Below are positions 19,720 to 29,923 of a DNA stretch of 64,000 bases, piece after piece. The translations under genes were made by a program, and so were the position numbers. Where the stretch lies: contig CAWBZI010000001.1 in assembly GCA_963793265.1 (NCBI GenBank), positions 544,001 through 608,000 of the forward strand, in the 5' to 3' direction. Under the pieces are notes generated by a model that ran no database searches, was not told where the DNA came from, and was given only the letters and a program-made list of their open reading frames with translations. The DNA is from an uncultured cyanobacterium. GTDB taxonomy: Bacteria > Cyanobacteriota > Cyanobacteriia > Phormidesmidales > Phormidesmidaceae. How positions within the stretch are numbered: the first letter of the stretch is position 1; each line of letters opens with the position of its first letter.

Positions 19720-19776
19720 TTCATAGGTTGGGCGCTATGCTAAACGCAACATACTCAACGCTGTCAACCTTTTCCT

Positions 19777-21318
19777 ATGGCAAGACTTCCTACCCTAAAA
19801 TTTGATCGCGGTACGTTAGTTTTGCACCCACCACCTCGGGGCAAAGCCTGGATTGATTACGCCGTGTGGGACGATCGGATTGAGCGCTTTCGGGTGCCTG
19901 CTGATAAGTATCGCCCTCTAGTTGAAGCGCTAAGAGCTGAGGGCGTACGCTTTGAAGACAAGGTGCAAACGTTTGAGCCATTGGCGTTGCAGGATAATTT
20001 GACGCTGACGCCGTATGCCCATCAGCAGGAGGCACTGCAGGCTTGGAAGGTGAATGAAAGGCGTGGGGTGGTGGTGCTGCCAACGGCGGCGGGGAAAACG
20101 TATTTGGCGCAGATGGTGATGCAGGCGACGCCGAGACGGACACTGATTACGGTGCCGACGCTGGATTTGATGCATCAGTGGTATGCAAATTTGGAGGCGG
20201 CTTTTCCGGGGGTGGAGGTTGGCTTGTTAGGGGGCGGATCGCGCGATCGCACCCCAATTTTAGTCGCCACCTACGACAGCGCCTCTATCTACGCTGAAGA
20301 TTTGGGCAACCAGTACGCGCTGCTGATTTGCGACGAGTGTCATCATTTACCCAGCGACTTTCACCGCAGCATTGCTGAGTATTCAATCGCACCTTACCGA
20401 TTAGGACTCACCGCAACACCTGAGAGATCGGACGGGCGGCATGAGGACTTAGAAGTGCTGTTAGGCAAGGTGGTGTACCGGCGCACGTCGGAGGAATTGT
20501 CGGGGACGGCGCTTGCGCCTTATCAGATAGTGCAGCTCAAGGTAAAGCTAAGTGAGGAGGAGCGCGATCGCTATACCGAGCTGCAAAAACAGCGTAATGA
20601 GTTCTTACAGGCTTCTAAAATCTGGCTGAGCAGTCCGCAGGGTTGGCAGCGGTTTGTACAGGCGAGTGCCCAGTCAGCAGAGGGGCGGCGGGCGATGTTG
20701 GCCCATCGGGAGTCTAAAAATATTGCGCTGGGTACGGCAGGTAAACTAACGCTGCTAGAAAATCTGTTGAAAAAGCACTATCCCGATCGCACCTTAATAT
20801 TCACGAACGACAATGCGACCGTGTACAAGATTTCCCAAGACTTTTTGATTCCAGCTATTACGCATCAAACGCCGGTTAAAGAGCGCCATGCCATTTTGCA
20901 GAAGTTTCGTGAGGGCGACTACAGCGTGATTGTGGTATCTCACGTGCTCAATGAAGGCGTGGATGTGCCCGATGCACGCGTGGCTATTTTACTGTCTGGG
21001 AGCGGATCGCCTAGAGAATACATTCAGCGCTTGGGCCGCGTGCTGCGTAAGGGTAGCAGTGGAAAAATGGCGCTGCTGTACGAAGTGGTGGCCGAGCAAA
21101 CCAGTGAGGAAGGGGTTTCTAGACGCAGGCGACAGCAGCCATCGCAGACGGGCGCAGAGCAGGGGAACGAACAAAGTAACGAAAAGCAGCTTTCTTTGAT
21201 GCCCGACTCGCCTAGTAAACGCAAGCCCGCTTCACCTTACAAAGTTGTCAAGCTTCCTAATATTGCTCGTCGCGCAGCAGAAGAAACAACAGAATGGAAA
21301 GACGATGACGATCGATAA
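19777..21318 (+). CDS. SF2 DExH helicase (XPB/Rad25-like)
   Basis: LPTAAGKT, DECHH, LGLTATP, LNEGVDVP, QRLGRVLR. Confidence 0.9.
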   Translation: MARLPTLKFDRGTLVLHPPPRGKAWIDYAVWDDRIERFRVPADKYRPLVEALRAEGVRFEDKVQTFEPLALQDNLTLTPYAHQQEALQAWKVNERRGVVVLPTAAGKTYLAQMVMQATPRRTLITVPTLDLMHQWYANLEAAFPGVEVGLLGGGSRDRTPILVATYDSASIYAEDLGNQYALLICDECHHLPSDFHRSIAEYSIAPYRLGLTATPERSDGRHEDLEVLLGKVVYRRTSEELSGTALAPYQIVQLKVKLSEEERDRYTELQKQRNEFLQASKIWLSSPQGWQRFVQASAQSAEGRRAMLAHRESKNIALGTAGKLTLLENLLKKHYPDRTLIFTNDNATVYKISQDFLIPAITHQTPVKERHAILQKFREGDYSVIVVSHVLNEGVDVPDARVAILLSGSGSPREYIQRLGRVLRKGSSGKMALLYEVVAEQTSEEGVSRRRRQQPSQTGAEQGNEQSNEKQLSLMPDSPSKRKPASPYKVVKLPNIARRAAEETTEWKDDDDR

Positions 21319-21324
21319 AGTGCT

Positions 21325-22647
21325 CTACGGATTTAGCCACTTCTGAGTTGGCTTTCTAAGAAGACGGGCGTTGCTATAGGCTACATCTAGAGGGAGTATG
21401 GTTCTGACCCGGTAGATCTTGCTGTCAGTGTCTTTGTCTGCGACAAGAGCCGCGTCTGCTTTTTCAGAATCGGTGATGCGCAGTGGTAGCAGTAGCTGCA
21501 TTTTTTGGTTGGTATGAAACCAAAAAGGCACGGCTTCGGCATCGTTGCGTTCACATTTGGTTTTGAGCTGGTTGATGGCTCCTGTGAGGGCCGTGATCGC
21601 CAGTGTCTCATTGCCCTGAAGTTCTAGCGGCAGTCGATCTCTATTATCTCGAACAACGTGAGCAACATTGACAGAAATATCGTAGCTAGCATCGAAAGTA
21701 AGATCGCTTTGATTTTGAATATAGCTGGCGTGCTTTGGCAAGGGTGCAAACTGAGCGAGCTTTTTGGCATCTTGATCGCGCCACTTTCTAAAGAACCAGT
21801 CAGGAAAGTCGTTGTCGTCAGCGGCTCTGGTATTGGCCTTAAAAGTTGCAAAGATATCTTTGTTGAAGGGTGTTTGCAGTCCAGTGTTGAAAAACACGTA
21901 GGGCTTGCCGTCTATCGTTTGGAACTGAATTTTGTTTTGGTCTTGCAGCCTCAGAAACGTGTAGTCCAGGTACTTGAGCAAAATAGGAAAGCTTTCATTC
22001 ACCTTTTTGAACTGTGGTTGCTGAAAGTTCCAAGGTTCTGGCCTGGCTAGCGCTGCAAGATCTTCAAAGCGGGCCTCCCAACTTTCGCCTCTAGCTCTGT
22101 CATAGTGAAAGTGAGCAAACGCATCGCGCTCGTTTTGACCAGGGTAGGGCCGCATTAACCTGTCGTATTTTTTAGAGAGCGTGACCGTTCTATCTTGCGG
22201 CAAAACCGGCTCTTTCTTCTTATGAAGAGGCTTGGTAGTTTTGCTGGCCGGTTTCTTAGAAGGCTTCTTCTTCGGCTGTTCCTTAGGCTTCTTTTCAGGT
22301 AGTTCTTTAGGCTGCTTTTTGGGCTGCGCTTTGGCCTGTTCTTTGGCCTGAAAAACTGGCTTCTCAGCCTTCTTTTTTTTAGGTTGTTCAGCTTTCTTCT
22401 TTTTCGGCTTGTCTTTTGACCTTAGCTTTTCCTTTGCTTCAAGAGGAGGCTCACTGCGGATTTTTGTTACTTTTTTAGAAGCTCTACTGCGCGCGCTAAT
22501 TAGGGCATAGCCAAATACTGAAAATGAGCATATTGAAAGTCCCACCAGCAGCCATCCGAGCGCTTGAGGCAAGGATAATAAACCAAGAATTAGAAACAGA
22601 ACAGCTATTCCTAAGGCAACATAGTGGGAGGCTTTGCGATTACCCAA
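21325..22647 (-). CDS. Membrane-anchored DUF3825-like protein with a Lys-rich linker
   Basis: Two N-terminal TM helices, K/P/Q-rich linker, then LARPEPW, YLDYTFLRL, FNTGLQT, QLLLPL, TILPLDVAYSNARLL. Confidence 0.65.
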   Translation of the reverse strand: MGNRKASHYVALGIAVLFLILGLLSLPQALGWLLVGLSICSFSVFGYALISARSRASKKVTKIRSEPPLEAKEKLRSKDKPKKKKAEQPKKKKAEKPVFQAKEQAKAQPKKQPKELPEKKPKEQPKKKPSKKPASKTTKPLHKKKEPVLPQDRTVTLSKKYDRLMRPYPGQNERDAFAHFHYDRARGESWEARFEDLAALARPEPWNFQQPQFKKVNESFPILLKYLDYTFLRLQDQNKIQFQTIDGKPYVFFNTGLQTPFNKDIFATFKANTRAADDNDFPDWFFRKWRDQDAKKLAQFAPLPKHASYIQNQSDLTFDASYDISVNVAHVVRDNRDRLPLELQGNETLAITALTGAINQLKTKCERNDAEAVPFWFHTNQKMQLLLPLRITDSEKADAALVADKDTDSKIYRVRTILPLDVAYSNARLLRKPTQKWLNP

Positions 22648-22840
22648 AATTGAACTCCTAGAATGTGGTATGTGGCTTAGCTTATGGTTAAATTACGCTT
22701 AATCTATGAAAAAGTTTAATATATTGACCTGGCAAAACCAGCCTCTATTCACAGAAGTTATATTTAGGTCTATTATGCATTTTTTCTATACATATTATTA
22801 AAATCGTTGCCGCTGAATCAATTGCTACATCAAGCGCTAT

Positions 22841-24409
22841 CTAGTTGACTCGCACTAGCCGAATCTCCGTTCTCTGATTGCGCGCATCTTCAGGAGCCAC
22901 ACCCGCGAGAGGCTCGCTAAATCCTTTACCCTCCGGCAGAATGTTTAACGAAACGCCCATGCCTTTGAGGTGATTTACCACAACATTAGCGCGCTGCTGG
23001 CTTAAGGATTGATTGAGGGCGGCTGTCCCTGTGCGTGACGTGTGACCAATCACGCGAACCGCAACCGTTTGCTGGTTGAATTCTTTAATTTCGCTCGATA
23101 GCTGATTGAGGGTTTGCTTACCTTCTTCAGTGAGCTGCGCAGAGCCGGTATCAAAGCTGACCTGGCCGCGTATCTGCAAGTTACCAATATCAGGAGCCTG
23201 CTGAATCTGCGCGGCTGAAACTTGAGGGGCAGCAGTAATCGTGTTGCTTTTTCCTGCGAGCTTGTCGGCAAGATTTGGGTTGTCGGCTCTTACTAGCTCT
23301 ATGAGCGTTTGGGTGTTGTTAGCAGCTTCGGCTACAAACTGTTCGCTATAGAGGGTGGTTGCATCTGCGGGCACTGCGTCTAAGCGGTTAGAAAGCGTGA
23401 GGACAGCGGCGGTTGCACCAATACGCTTATCCAGGGTGCCTTCGGTAAACCATGTTTGTGCTTCGGTGGCGGTAAAGAAGTCAATGCCATCGATAATAGC
23501 TGAGGCGTCGCCTACGGAAAGGTTGCCGTCGTCAGCGACCTGCGCCTGTAGCTGACTGGCATCGCGGGCGTTGGCGTCTATACGGCGGTAGTAGTTTTCA
23601 AGAAGCTGTGAGATGACGCTGGGTTTGGACTGAATGAGTTTGTCTGAGGCGACAATTACATCGACGATGGCGTTGGGCGCGTCTTGGCTAGAGAGCACGA
23701 CGTTGTAACCCTGCTGGCGGGCCTGAGTGACGTAGGGCTCCCAAAGGACAGCGATCGCAACATTCTCGTTCGGGTCTTGTATCAGCGCCCAGGCTTCAGA
23801 GGCTTCGGCAACTGTTCTAATTTCAAAGTCCGATAGATTAAACGAATCGAACTTTGTATCTAGCACCAGGGCTAAGTATTCGCTGGGCGTATCTTGGGCG
23901 TAGGCAATGCTTAGCTTTTTGCCCTGCACTTTGTTTTGTTTTACTAGGGCGTCTAAGTCGTTGAGAGACTTCAGGCTGTTGTACTTTTTTGTATTTAGCA
24001 CGACCGCATCAGCGCCAACAGTACGATCGAGCAGTCCGACGATTTGACCTTTGGGCTGCTGTTGTAAAAACTGGTCTAGGGTGGTGACGATGAGATCGGC
24101 TTTGCCTCTGCTGAGCTTTTCGGCTCTGAGGGTTTGATCGAATTCGTCGGCATAGTCAATTTCGATGCCGGTTTCTTTGAGGGCTTCTAAAAAGTCGTCG
24201 TTGCGGAACGTGCTGTATCCGCTGAAGGTGTCGCCTAGTAGAGTGAGGCGGGCGCTGGTTTGGGTGCGATCGCCCGATGTCACTGATTCAATTCCGGTGG
24301 GCGAGAACCCTGGCAAACCGCCACCGATAAACCAGAGCCCGGTGCCCACTAGCCCTCCAGTAATGGCGAGGGTAACTAATAAAACAGGGAGTTCATTCCG
24401 CTTGCTCAT
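22841..24409 (-). CDS. Substrate-binding domain (NMT1/SsuA-like) plus C-terminal OmpA-like peptidoglycan-binding domain
   Basis: N-terminal TM, DTFSGY, GADAVV, VLWEPYV; C-terminal FDTGSA, GHTS, LSQQRA, NQRTEI. Confidence 0.85.
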   Translation of the reverse strand: MSKRNELPVLLVTLAITGGLVGTGLWFIGGGLPGFSPTGIESVTSGDRTQTSARLTLLGDTFSGYSTFRNDDFLEALKETGIEIDYADEFDQTLRAEKLSRGKADLIVTTLDQFLQQQPKGQIVGLLDRTVGADAVVLNTKKYNSLKSLNDLDALVKQNKVQGKKLSIAYAQDTPSEYLALVLDTKFDSFNLSDFEIRTVAEASEAWALIQDPNENVAIAVLWEPYVTQARQQGYNVVLSSQDAPNAIVDVIVASDKLIQSKPSVISQLLENYYRRIDANARDASQLQAQVADDGNLSVGDASAIIDGIDFFTATEAQTWFTEGTLDKRIGATAAVLTLSNRLDAVPADATTLYSEQFVAEAANNTQTLIELVRADNPNLADKLAGKSNTITAAPQVSAAQIQQAPDIGNLQIRGQVSFDTGSAQLTEEGKQTLNQLSSEIKEFNQQTVAVRVIGHTSRTGTAALNQSLSQQRANVVVNHLKGMGVSLNILPEGKGFSEPLAGVAPEDARNQRTEIRLVRVN

Positions 24410-24540
24410 GGGTTGGGTGCCGTAGCATATACTTCTGGTTTATACAAGTCAAAAGTACCCCTTTACAGAAACTTATGTTGATTCTGGGAGGCTACAGCGC
24501 GGCTTATTGTCTCAAGGGCTTGTCGTCTTAAGACTGTTGC

Positions 24541-27507
24541 TTACTGCCCTACTAGCTCCTTAAACCAATCATCGTTCCAAATGTCTTCAAAGATTTCGTC
24601 GGCAAGGGCTTCTTGTTTGTAGCTAGGCTCAAGGCGAACAGCCTGCTGAAGGTTTTCGAGGGCGCGGTCGTTGTCGCGCTGAAGGGCGTAGCAGAGGGCG
24701 CGGTTGTAGTAGGCTTTGGCGTAGTTGGGATTGGCTGCGATCGCCTTATCAAAGCTCTTAAGGGCATCGCGATCGCGCCCTAACTTCAGCAGCACATAGC
24801 CCCGATTGTCCCAAGCCTTAGCCAAATTTGGCTTAAACCGAACCGCCTTATCGAATGAAGCCACCGCCTCTTCAAAGCGATCTAGCTCGGTGAGGGCTAG
24901 GCCCCGATTGAGCCAGGCCACCGCGTCATTCGCTTGAATAATAACGGCCTGATCAAATGACTCAAAGGCTTTTTCGTGGGCTTGCAAAATGCCAAAGGCG
25001 ACGCCCCGGTTGACCCAGGCTTCATGGTATTCGGGGTTGATATCGATGGCGCGATCAAAGGCTGTGATCGCCTCTTCGCGTTTCCTCAACCGGCTTAAAA
25101 CCATTCCTTTATTTAGCCATGCCTTTGCATCAGCGGGATCTTTCTCTATTACCCGTTCAAAGGCACTAAGCGCTTCTTCGTAGCTTCTTTGTTCCCTGAG
25201 CAATAGGCCAGTTTGGTACCAGGCTTCGCTATTCTCAGGCGATAGCTGAGTGACTTGATTGAGAGATTGAAGCGCGTCTTCTTTTCTACCGGCTTCAGTC
25301 AGCGCGCGGCTACGGCTAAACCAAACATCGGCGTTGCTAGGCTGCACTTCTAGGGCTCTATCATAGGCTGCGATCGCCGCCTCATACTGTTGCTCTTTTA
25401 GCTGTTTATCACCTTCTTCAATAAACTCATCAGCGGTTAAAAATAACTCAGGGCGATTGTCTTTAAGCCGGTTCACCTGCTCAGAAAGCTCAGCTATTTG
25501 AGTTTGAGACGTGCTCATAAACGAGTCGGCCACGTACTCAGGCGTAACCCGTCCGAGCTGCTCCATAATCTGTTGCTTTTCGGCTTCAGCTTCAGCGCTC
25601 AGCGCACTAATTTTGTTTTGAATCTCTTCTTTAACCTGCGTGACTTCGGTAATAGCCGTTTCCTGACGTTCGTTCAGATTTGACTCTAAGGCAGTTAGGG
25701 TCTGAGCAAATTTCTCTTCTATCTGCCCAAGCCTTGCCTGCGCAATTTTCTCTCGCTCTGCCGCAGATTTCGCCAGTTCACCAATCTGCTCGCCTAAGCG
25801 CGAGTCAAAGCTGTTGAGCTTGTTGATGATCACGTCACGTCTGCCGAATACGGTGTTGCGGACTTCAGTCAGTTCGCCGGTAAAGCTGTTTTCGATTTCT
25901 TTGAGCGATCGCAATAGCTGCTGCCGTTCGCCGCCAATCCCCGTTTGCAGCTCGTTTAGCTCCTGAGTGAAGTCGTTTTGGAGCTGTTGAACGATAGCGA
26001 TCACCTGCTCCCTTTGCTCACCCAAATCACCCTGCAACTCATTAAGCTGCGAAGAAAATTCGCGAGCACTCTCTGTCAGCTCGTTATACAGCTCACTTTT
26101 GCGCGTCCCTAAATCACTGCCAAGGTTAGAAAGCTGCGCCCGAAAGCCATCGGCGGTAGCCTGCAACTGCATAATCGTGTGGCTACGCTCCTCACTCACG
26201 CCATCCTGCAAGCCCGAAATCTGTTCTTTAAAGTCGTTAGCAACCCTATCCATATCGCCTAATATGGTGCCCTTGCGTCCTTCGACATCCGCTTTGAGCG
26301 TGGCAAACTGCGTCAAAAAGCCATCGGCAGACTGGCGAAAGCTCTGCATCATGTCGGCCTTACGGCTCTCCACCTCATTGCGAATAGCGTTGAACTGCTG
26401 CTGCAATTCTTCGGTGGAACGCTGAATGTTCTGTAAGGCCAAATCTTTGTGACCCAGCGCGCTCGCCTGAACGTCCTCAAGTTCTTGAAGCACGTTTTCT
26501 TTAGACTGATTAAGCCCTTCTAACGCCGAATCGCGCTGCTGTTCGATCTTGGCTTTAGCCTCAGCTTCCACGTTAGCGAGCTTAGGCCCAAACGCGCGAT
26601 CGGCTTCTCTGAGCGCTGACAATACGCGCTCTTGCTCGGCAACAGTTTCGGCCTGCATACTGCCAAGCTGGTCAGAAAGAACAGACTCCTTACGATCGAC
26701 TTCATCAAAGAAGGCCGCTTTACGCCGCTGCGTTTCTTCTTTAATCACACCAACGTGACGAGAGAATTCAGCTTCGGAGGTCGCGAACTTTTGCAGAATA
26801 CGCTGACCTTCTACCGCTGTATCTGTCTGCATCTCTTCTAGCTTTTGCTTAGCCTGGGCCTGAATGCCCGCAGCCGTTTGCGCAAAGTCTGTTGCTGTCG
26901 CTTCTAGCTTGTCGTTAATGTCTTCTAGCTGTTGCTCCCAATTACGAGCCGTTTGCACCTTAAACTCATTGAGTTCTTCAACTAATTTGTACAAAACCTC
27001 TCTTTGGGCAACGACTTCTCTTTGGAAATTGTTAGATCTTCCCTGCATCTCGCCAGAAAGATCGTCAGCATCGGCCAAGATACGGTTAAGGCTGCGGGTT
27101 GCATTGTGCACTTTGTTCTCTAACTCAGTCATCTCATTGAGCTGAGTGCGGACGATAGTAGCCACTTCATTCACAACAGACTTACGTAAGGCCCACAGCA
27201 TGGCAATGCCAACGCCGAGTAAAAGCACCAGCGCGCCGAGCATGATGGTTAGTAGCGTGGTGGCCTGATCGAGTGTGTTTTCAGCGTCTTGCTGAGCGAT
27301 CGCAACATCAGGCGTCGTGGCTTCAGGACTGATGGTTTCTACTGTCTGAGCAATCCTAGTTTCGGGCTTGACCTCAGAAGCTTCGGCCTCGGCTGGCTGC
27401 TGACCTGCAAGGGGCGTCGTCAGGCTTCCGGCTGCTAGCACTAGCCAGCTCGTGAGCAGTCCGCTGGTAGCCATGACCAAACGCCAATTCTTTTGATTCC
27501 CCTGCAT
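24541..27507 (-). CDS. Membrane-anchored long coiled-coil protein with C-terminal TPRs
   Basis: Signal-like N-terminus, TM around aa 85-107, about 580 aa of helical repeats, about 8 TPRs (AWYQTG, AWLNKG, AWVNRG, AWDNRG). Confidence 0.82.
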   Translation of the reverse strand: MQGNQKNWRLVMATSGLLTSWLVLAAGSLTTPLAGQQPAEAEASEVKPETRIAQTVETISPEATTPDVAIAQQDAENTLDQATTLLTIMLGALVLLLGVGIAMLWALRKSVVNEVATIVRTQLNEMTELENKVHNATRSLNRILADADDLSGEMQGRSNNFQREVVAQREVLYKLVEELNEFKVQTARNWEQQLEDINDKLEATATDFAQTAAGIQAQAKQKLEEMQTDTAVEGQRILQKFATSEAEFSRHVGVIKEETQRRKAAFFDEVDRKESVLSDQLGSMQAETVAEQERVLSALREADRAFGPKLANVEAEAKAKIEQQRDSALEGLNQSKENVLQELEDVQASALGHKDLALQNIQRSTEELQQQFNAIRNEVESRKADMMQSFRQSADGFLTQFATLKADVEGRKGTILGDMDRVANDFKEQISGLQDGVSEERSHTIMQLQATADGFRAQLSNLGSDLGTRKSELYNELTESAREFSSQLNELQGDLGEQREQVIAIVQQLQNDFTQELNELQTGIGGERQQLLRSLKEIENSFTGELTEVRNTVFGRRDVIINKLNSFDSRLGEQIGELAKSAAEREKIAQARLGQIEEKFAQTLTALESNLNERQETAITEVTQVKEEIQNKISALSAEAEAEKQQIMEQLGRVTPEYVADSFMSTSQTQIAELSEQVNRLKDNRPELFLTADEFIEEGDKQLKEQQYEAAIAAYDRALEVQPSNADVWFSRSRALTEAGRKEDALQSLNQVTQLSPENSEAWYQTGLLLREQRSYEEALSAFERVIEKDPADAKAWLNKGMVLSRLRKREEAITAFDRAIDINPEYHEAWVNRGVAFGILQAHEKAFESFDQAVIIQANDAVAWLNRGLALTELDRFEEAVASFDKAVRFKPNLAKAWDNRGYVLLKLGRDRDALKSFDKAIAANPNYAKAYYNRALCYALQRDNDRALENLQQAVRLEPSYKQEALADEIFEDIWNDDWFKELVGQ

Positions 27508-27729
27508 GGGTTGTAACCCCTTCTGTGGCTGATGTTCGCAGTTTCAGTTTTTATCTACATGTTACCTGAACCGTCAGGTTATCAGATCTTTTGCCCTATC
27601 AGCCGTCAAAAGCGAGGCAAGGACTCAAACGGGTGGCAGCTCGGGCGCTATGATTTTAGAAGCGTTTAAGCTGCTTTCTCTATCCTTTTCAGCCCTGACC
27701 TGACTCATTGACTTTAGGAAACGTCGCTA

Positions 27730-29364
27730 ATGGCCAACGTCTCAATCGCTCAGCACTATCATCAGCGCACTAAATACGACCCTGAAACAATTGCGGCGAT
27801 GGGCCAAAGTGGCTTGGACTGGTCACAGCAGCCGGTGCCTTACAAAGACTACAAGCTGGGCCATGAGATAGATCTGAAGCCTTATCTGGAGAATGAGCCA
27901 GATAGTGCGGATGATGACTGGCGGTGGTGGCAGCGGCTTTCGCGGCTGTTGATTGATAGCTATGGGCTGACGGCGAAGGTGATGACCTTTTCGGGGACGC
28001 CCATGTATTTGCGGTCTGCGCCTTCGGCGGGCGGGCTGTATCCGGCAGAGGTGTATTTGGTATCGCGGGGCACGTCGCTACTGCCACCGGGCCTTTACAA
28101 CTATCAGGTGCGGACGCATTCGCTGTGGCGCTTTTGGGACGACCATCCGTGGCAGGCTTTGCAGACGGCGTGCTTTTGGCATCCAGCGCTAGAGACGACA
28201 CAGATTGCGCTGGTGGTGAGCGCTATTTTTCAGCGGTCGGCCTGGCGGTATCAGGATAGGGCTTACCGGCGCGTGTTTTTAGACTCAGGGCACCTGCTTG
28301 GCAACTTAGAGGTAGCCGGGACGCTGTGTGACTATCGGCCTCATTTGATTGGGGGCTTTGCCGATGAGCTGGTGAATAAGCTGCTGTATTTGGATGGGGA
28401 GACGGAGAGTGCGATCGCGCTATTAGCCCTAGCTGACCTATTCCAGGTCGATCAAAATCTATCGCCCGCTCGTAGCGCCCTGCCTAGCTCTATTCATATC
28501 GACGTGGCACCTGTGCCAGATGGGGATCTGCTGGGTTACTTGCATGAGAATACAGCGATCGCCCCTGACTCTGACTTTGGACAGCTTCAGCAAAAGAATA
28601 GTGCGCCGCTGCCGTTTGCCATTGAACAAACCGACTCATCTAAATCGGGCTCGTCTAAAGCGGCGGCTAAGGCAATAGATGACTCACGACAGAAGTCTAG
28701 CAAGGCAATTAAGCCGCTCTCAGATAAGTACAACTTTCCGTTCGGGATTACGGTTTCGACGAAGACGCAGCCGATTGGGTGGGGCGATCGCCTAGAAGAG
28801 CTTGAAAATACCCTCCTCACCCGCCGCTCCACCCGCCGCTTCATCAACGCGCCGCTCAGCCGAGCCGACCTCTTTGCCCTACTCGACTTTTCCTATCACC
28901 CCGAGCACTACCGCCTGCAAGACTTTGATCAAGCGCCCGATTATTTTGACCTGAGCTTGATCGAAACATTTGTTGCAATTTCAAACGTGGAAACCTTGGA
29001 AGCAGGCTGCTACTACTACGCACCTCAATCCCAGGAATTGCGTCAGATTCGCTTCAATCAATTTCGCAAAGACCTGCATTTTCTATGCCTAGGTCAAGAG
29101 CTAGGACGCGATGCAGGAGTCGTTATTTTTCACACGGCTAACTTAGAAGCAGCGGTTGAAAAATACGGTGACAGGGCGTACCGCTATCTGCATATGGACG
29201 CAGGGCACTTAGGACAGCGCCTGAATTTAGCGGCGACTCGTCGGGGGCTTGGCGTAAGCGGTATTGCAGGATTCTTTGACGATCAGGTGAACGATTTGCT
29301 GAGCATTCCGGCTGAGGAGGCAGTTTTGTACATCACGACAGTGGGGCGGAAGCCGACTCGGTAG
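27730..29364 (+). CDS. SagB/ThcOx family dehydrogenase (tandem nitroreductase-like domains)
   Basis: YHQRTKY, LRSAPSAGGLYPAE, RAYRRVFLDSGH, RRSTRRF, RAYRYLHMDAGHLGQ. Confidence 0.88.
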   Translation: MANVSIAQHYHQRTKYDPETIAAMGQSGLDWSQQPVPYKDYKLGHEIDLKPYLENEPDSADDDWRWWQRLSRLLIDSYGLTAKVMTFSGTPMYLRSAPSAGGLYPAEVYLVSRGTSLLPPGLYNYQVRTHSLWRFWDDHPWQALQTACFWHPALETTQIALVVSAIFQRSAWRYQDRAYRRVFLDSGHLLGNLEVAGTLCDYRPHLIGGFADELVNKLLYLDGETESAIALLALADLFQVDQNLSPARSALPSSIHIDVAPVPDGDLLGYLHENTAIAPDSDFGQLQQKNSAPLPFAIEQTDSSKSGSSKAAAKAIDDSRQKSSKAIKPLSDKYNFPFGITVSTKTQPIGWGDRLEELENTLLTRRSTRRFINAPLSRADLFALLDFSYHPEHYRLQDFDQAPDYFDLSLIETFVAISNVETLEAGCYYYAPQSQELRQIRFNQFRKDLHFLCLGQELGRDAGVVIFHTANLEAAVEKYGDRAYRYLHMDAGHLGQRLNLAATRRGLGVSGIAGFFDDQVNDLLSIPAEEAVLYITTVGRKPTR

Positions 29365-29380
29365 GTGAGAATTTAAACTA

Positions 29381-29411
29381 AAAAAATCCCCAGCAATGCC
29401 AGGGATTTCTT
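29381..29411. terminator. Probable bidirectional intrinsic terminator between convergent genes
   Basis: AAAAAATCCC-CAGCAATGCCA-GGGATTTCTT inverted repeat. Confidence 0.55.
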
Positions 29412-29427
29412 GAATTTAGATATGTGG

Positions 29428-29456
29428 GTAGGGGTATAGCAATGCTGTGCCCCTAC
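29428..29456. repeat. GTAG-type REP-like palindrome
   Basis: GTAGGGGTATAGC-AAT-GCTGTGCCCCTAC. Confidence 0.7.
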
Positions 29457-29471
29457 AACACGATGACTAAA

Positions 29472-29681
29472 CTACTCAGCCGCACAAGGGTCAGCCGCGC
29501 AAGGGTCAGCCGCGCAAGGGTCAGCCGCACAGGGGTCAGCCGCGCAAGGATCGACGGCAGCATCGGGTGCAATTACTTCGCCAGATGCATCGGGTTCTAC
29601 TTCAGCAGGGGCACAGCTAGTTAGCGTAGTAACGCCAAGAACTGAGGCAGCGGCTAGAGCGGCTAGATACTTAACTTTCAT
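29472..29681 (-). CDS. Small lipoprotein with five DPCAA Cys repeats (putative metal-binding peptide or RiPP-like precursor)
   Basis: AAGGAG RBS, signal peptide with lipobox LTSC (Cys23), 15-bp DNA repeat x5 at 29476-29550 with only synonymous variation. Confidence 0.85.
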   Translation of the reverse strand: MKVKYLAALAAASVLGVTTLTSCAPAEVEPDASGEVIAPDAAVDPCAADPCAADPCAADPCAADPCAAE

Positions 29682-29881
29682 CTTGTACTCCTTGTCTTTT
29701 GTTGTTTTAAGGGGCTCAGCGCAAGGCTGTTAGATAGATTTGTTGGAAATCTCGGCTGTCATTGCCTTTGTTGATTGCCAACACAATCTTTGTATCTCTA
29801 GCGATTATGGATTGTCAAGCATCTAAAAAAGTGAGAATCCGCTGAGGCTATAGTGAGTAAGGATGAAGGGGTTTATTACTC

Positions 29882-29923
29882 TTCTGTCATTTTTCTGTTG
29901 CATGTTCTGTCATTTAGCTGTGT
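29882..29923. promoter_or_regulatory. Candidate response-regulator direct-repeat box upstream of the Cys-repeat lipoprotein
   Basis: CTGTCA/CTGTTG/CTGTCA/CTGTGT at 29884, 29895, 29907, 29918 (11-12 bp spacing). Confidence 0.35.

Noticed and set aside
27730..29364. A complete thiazole/oxazole (TOMM/cyanobactin) biosynthetic cluster
   Set aside because: No YcaO cyclodehydratase, protease or transporter is adjacent; kept only as a tentative link to the Cys-repeat peptide
29476..29550. 15-bp x5 repeat as a CRISPR array or non-coding repeat
   Set aside because: There are no spacers; the unit is 5 codons in frame with only synonymous changes, so it is a coding repeat. No cas genes are in the window.
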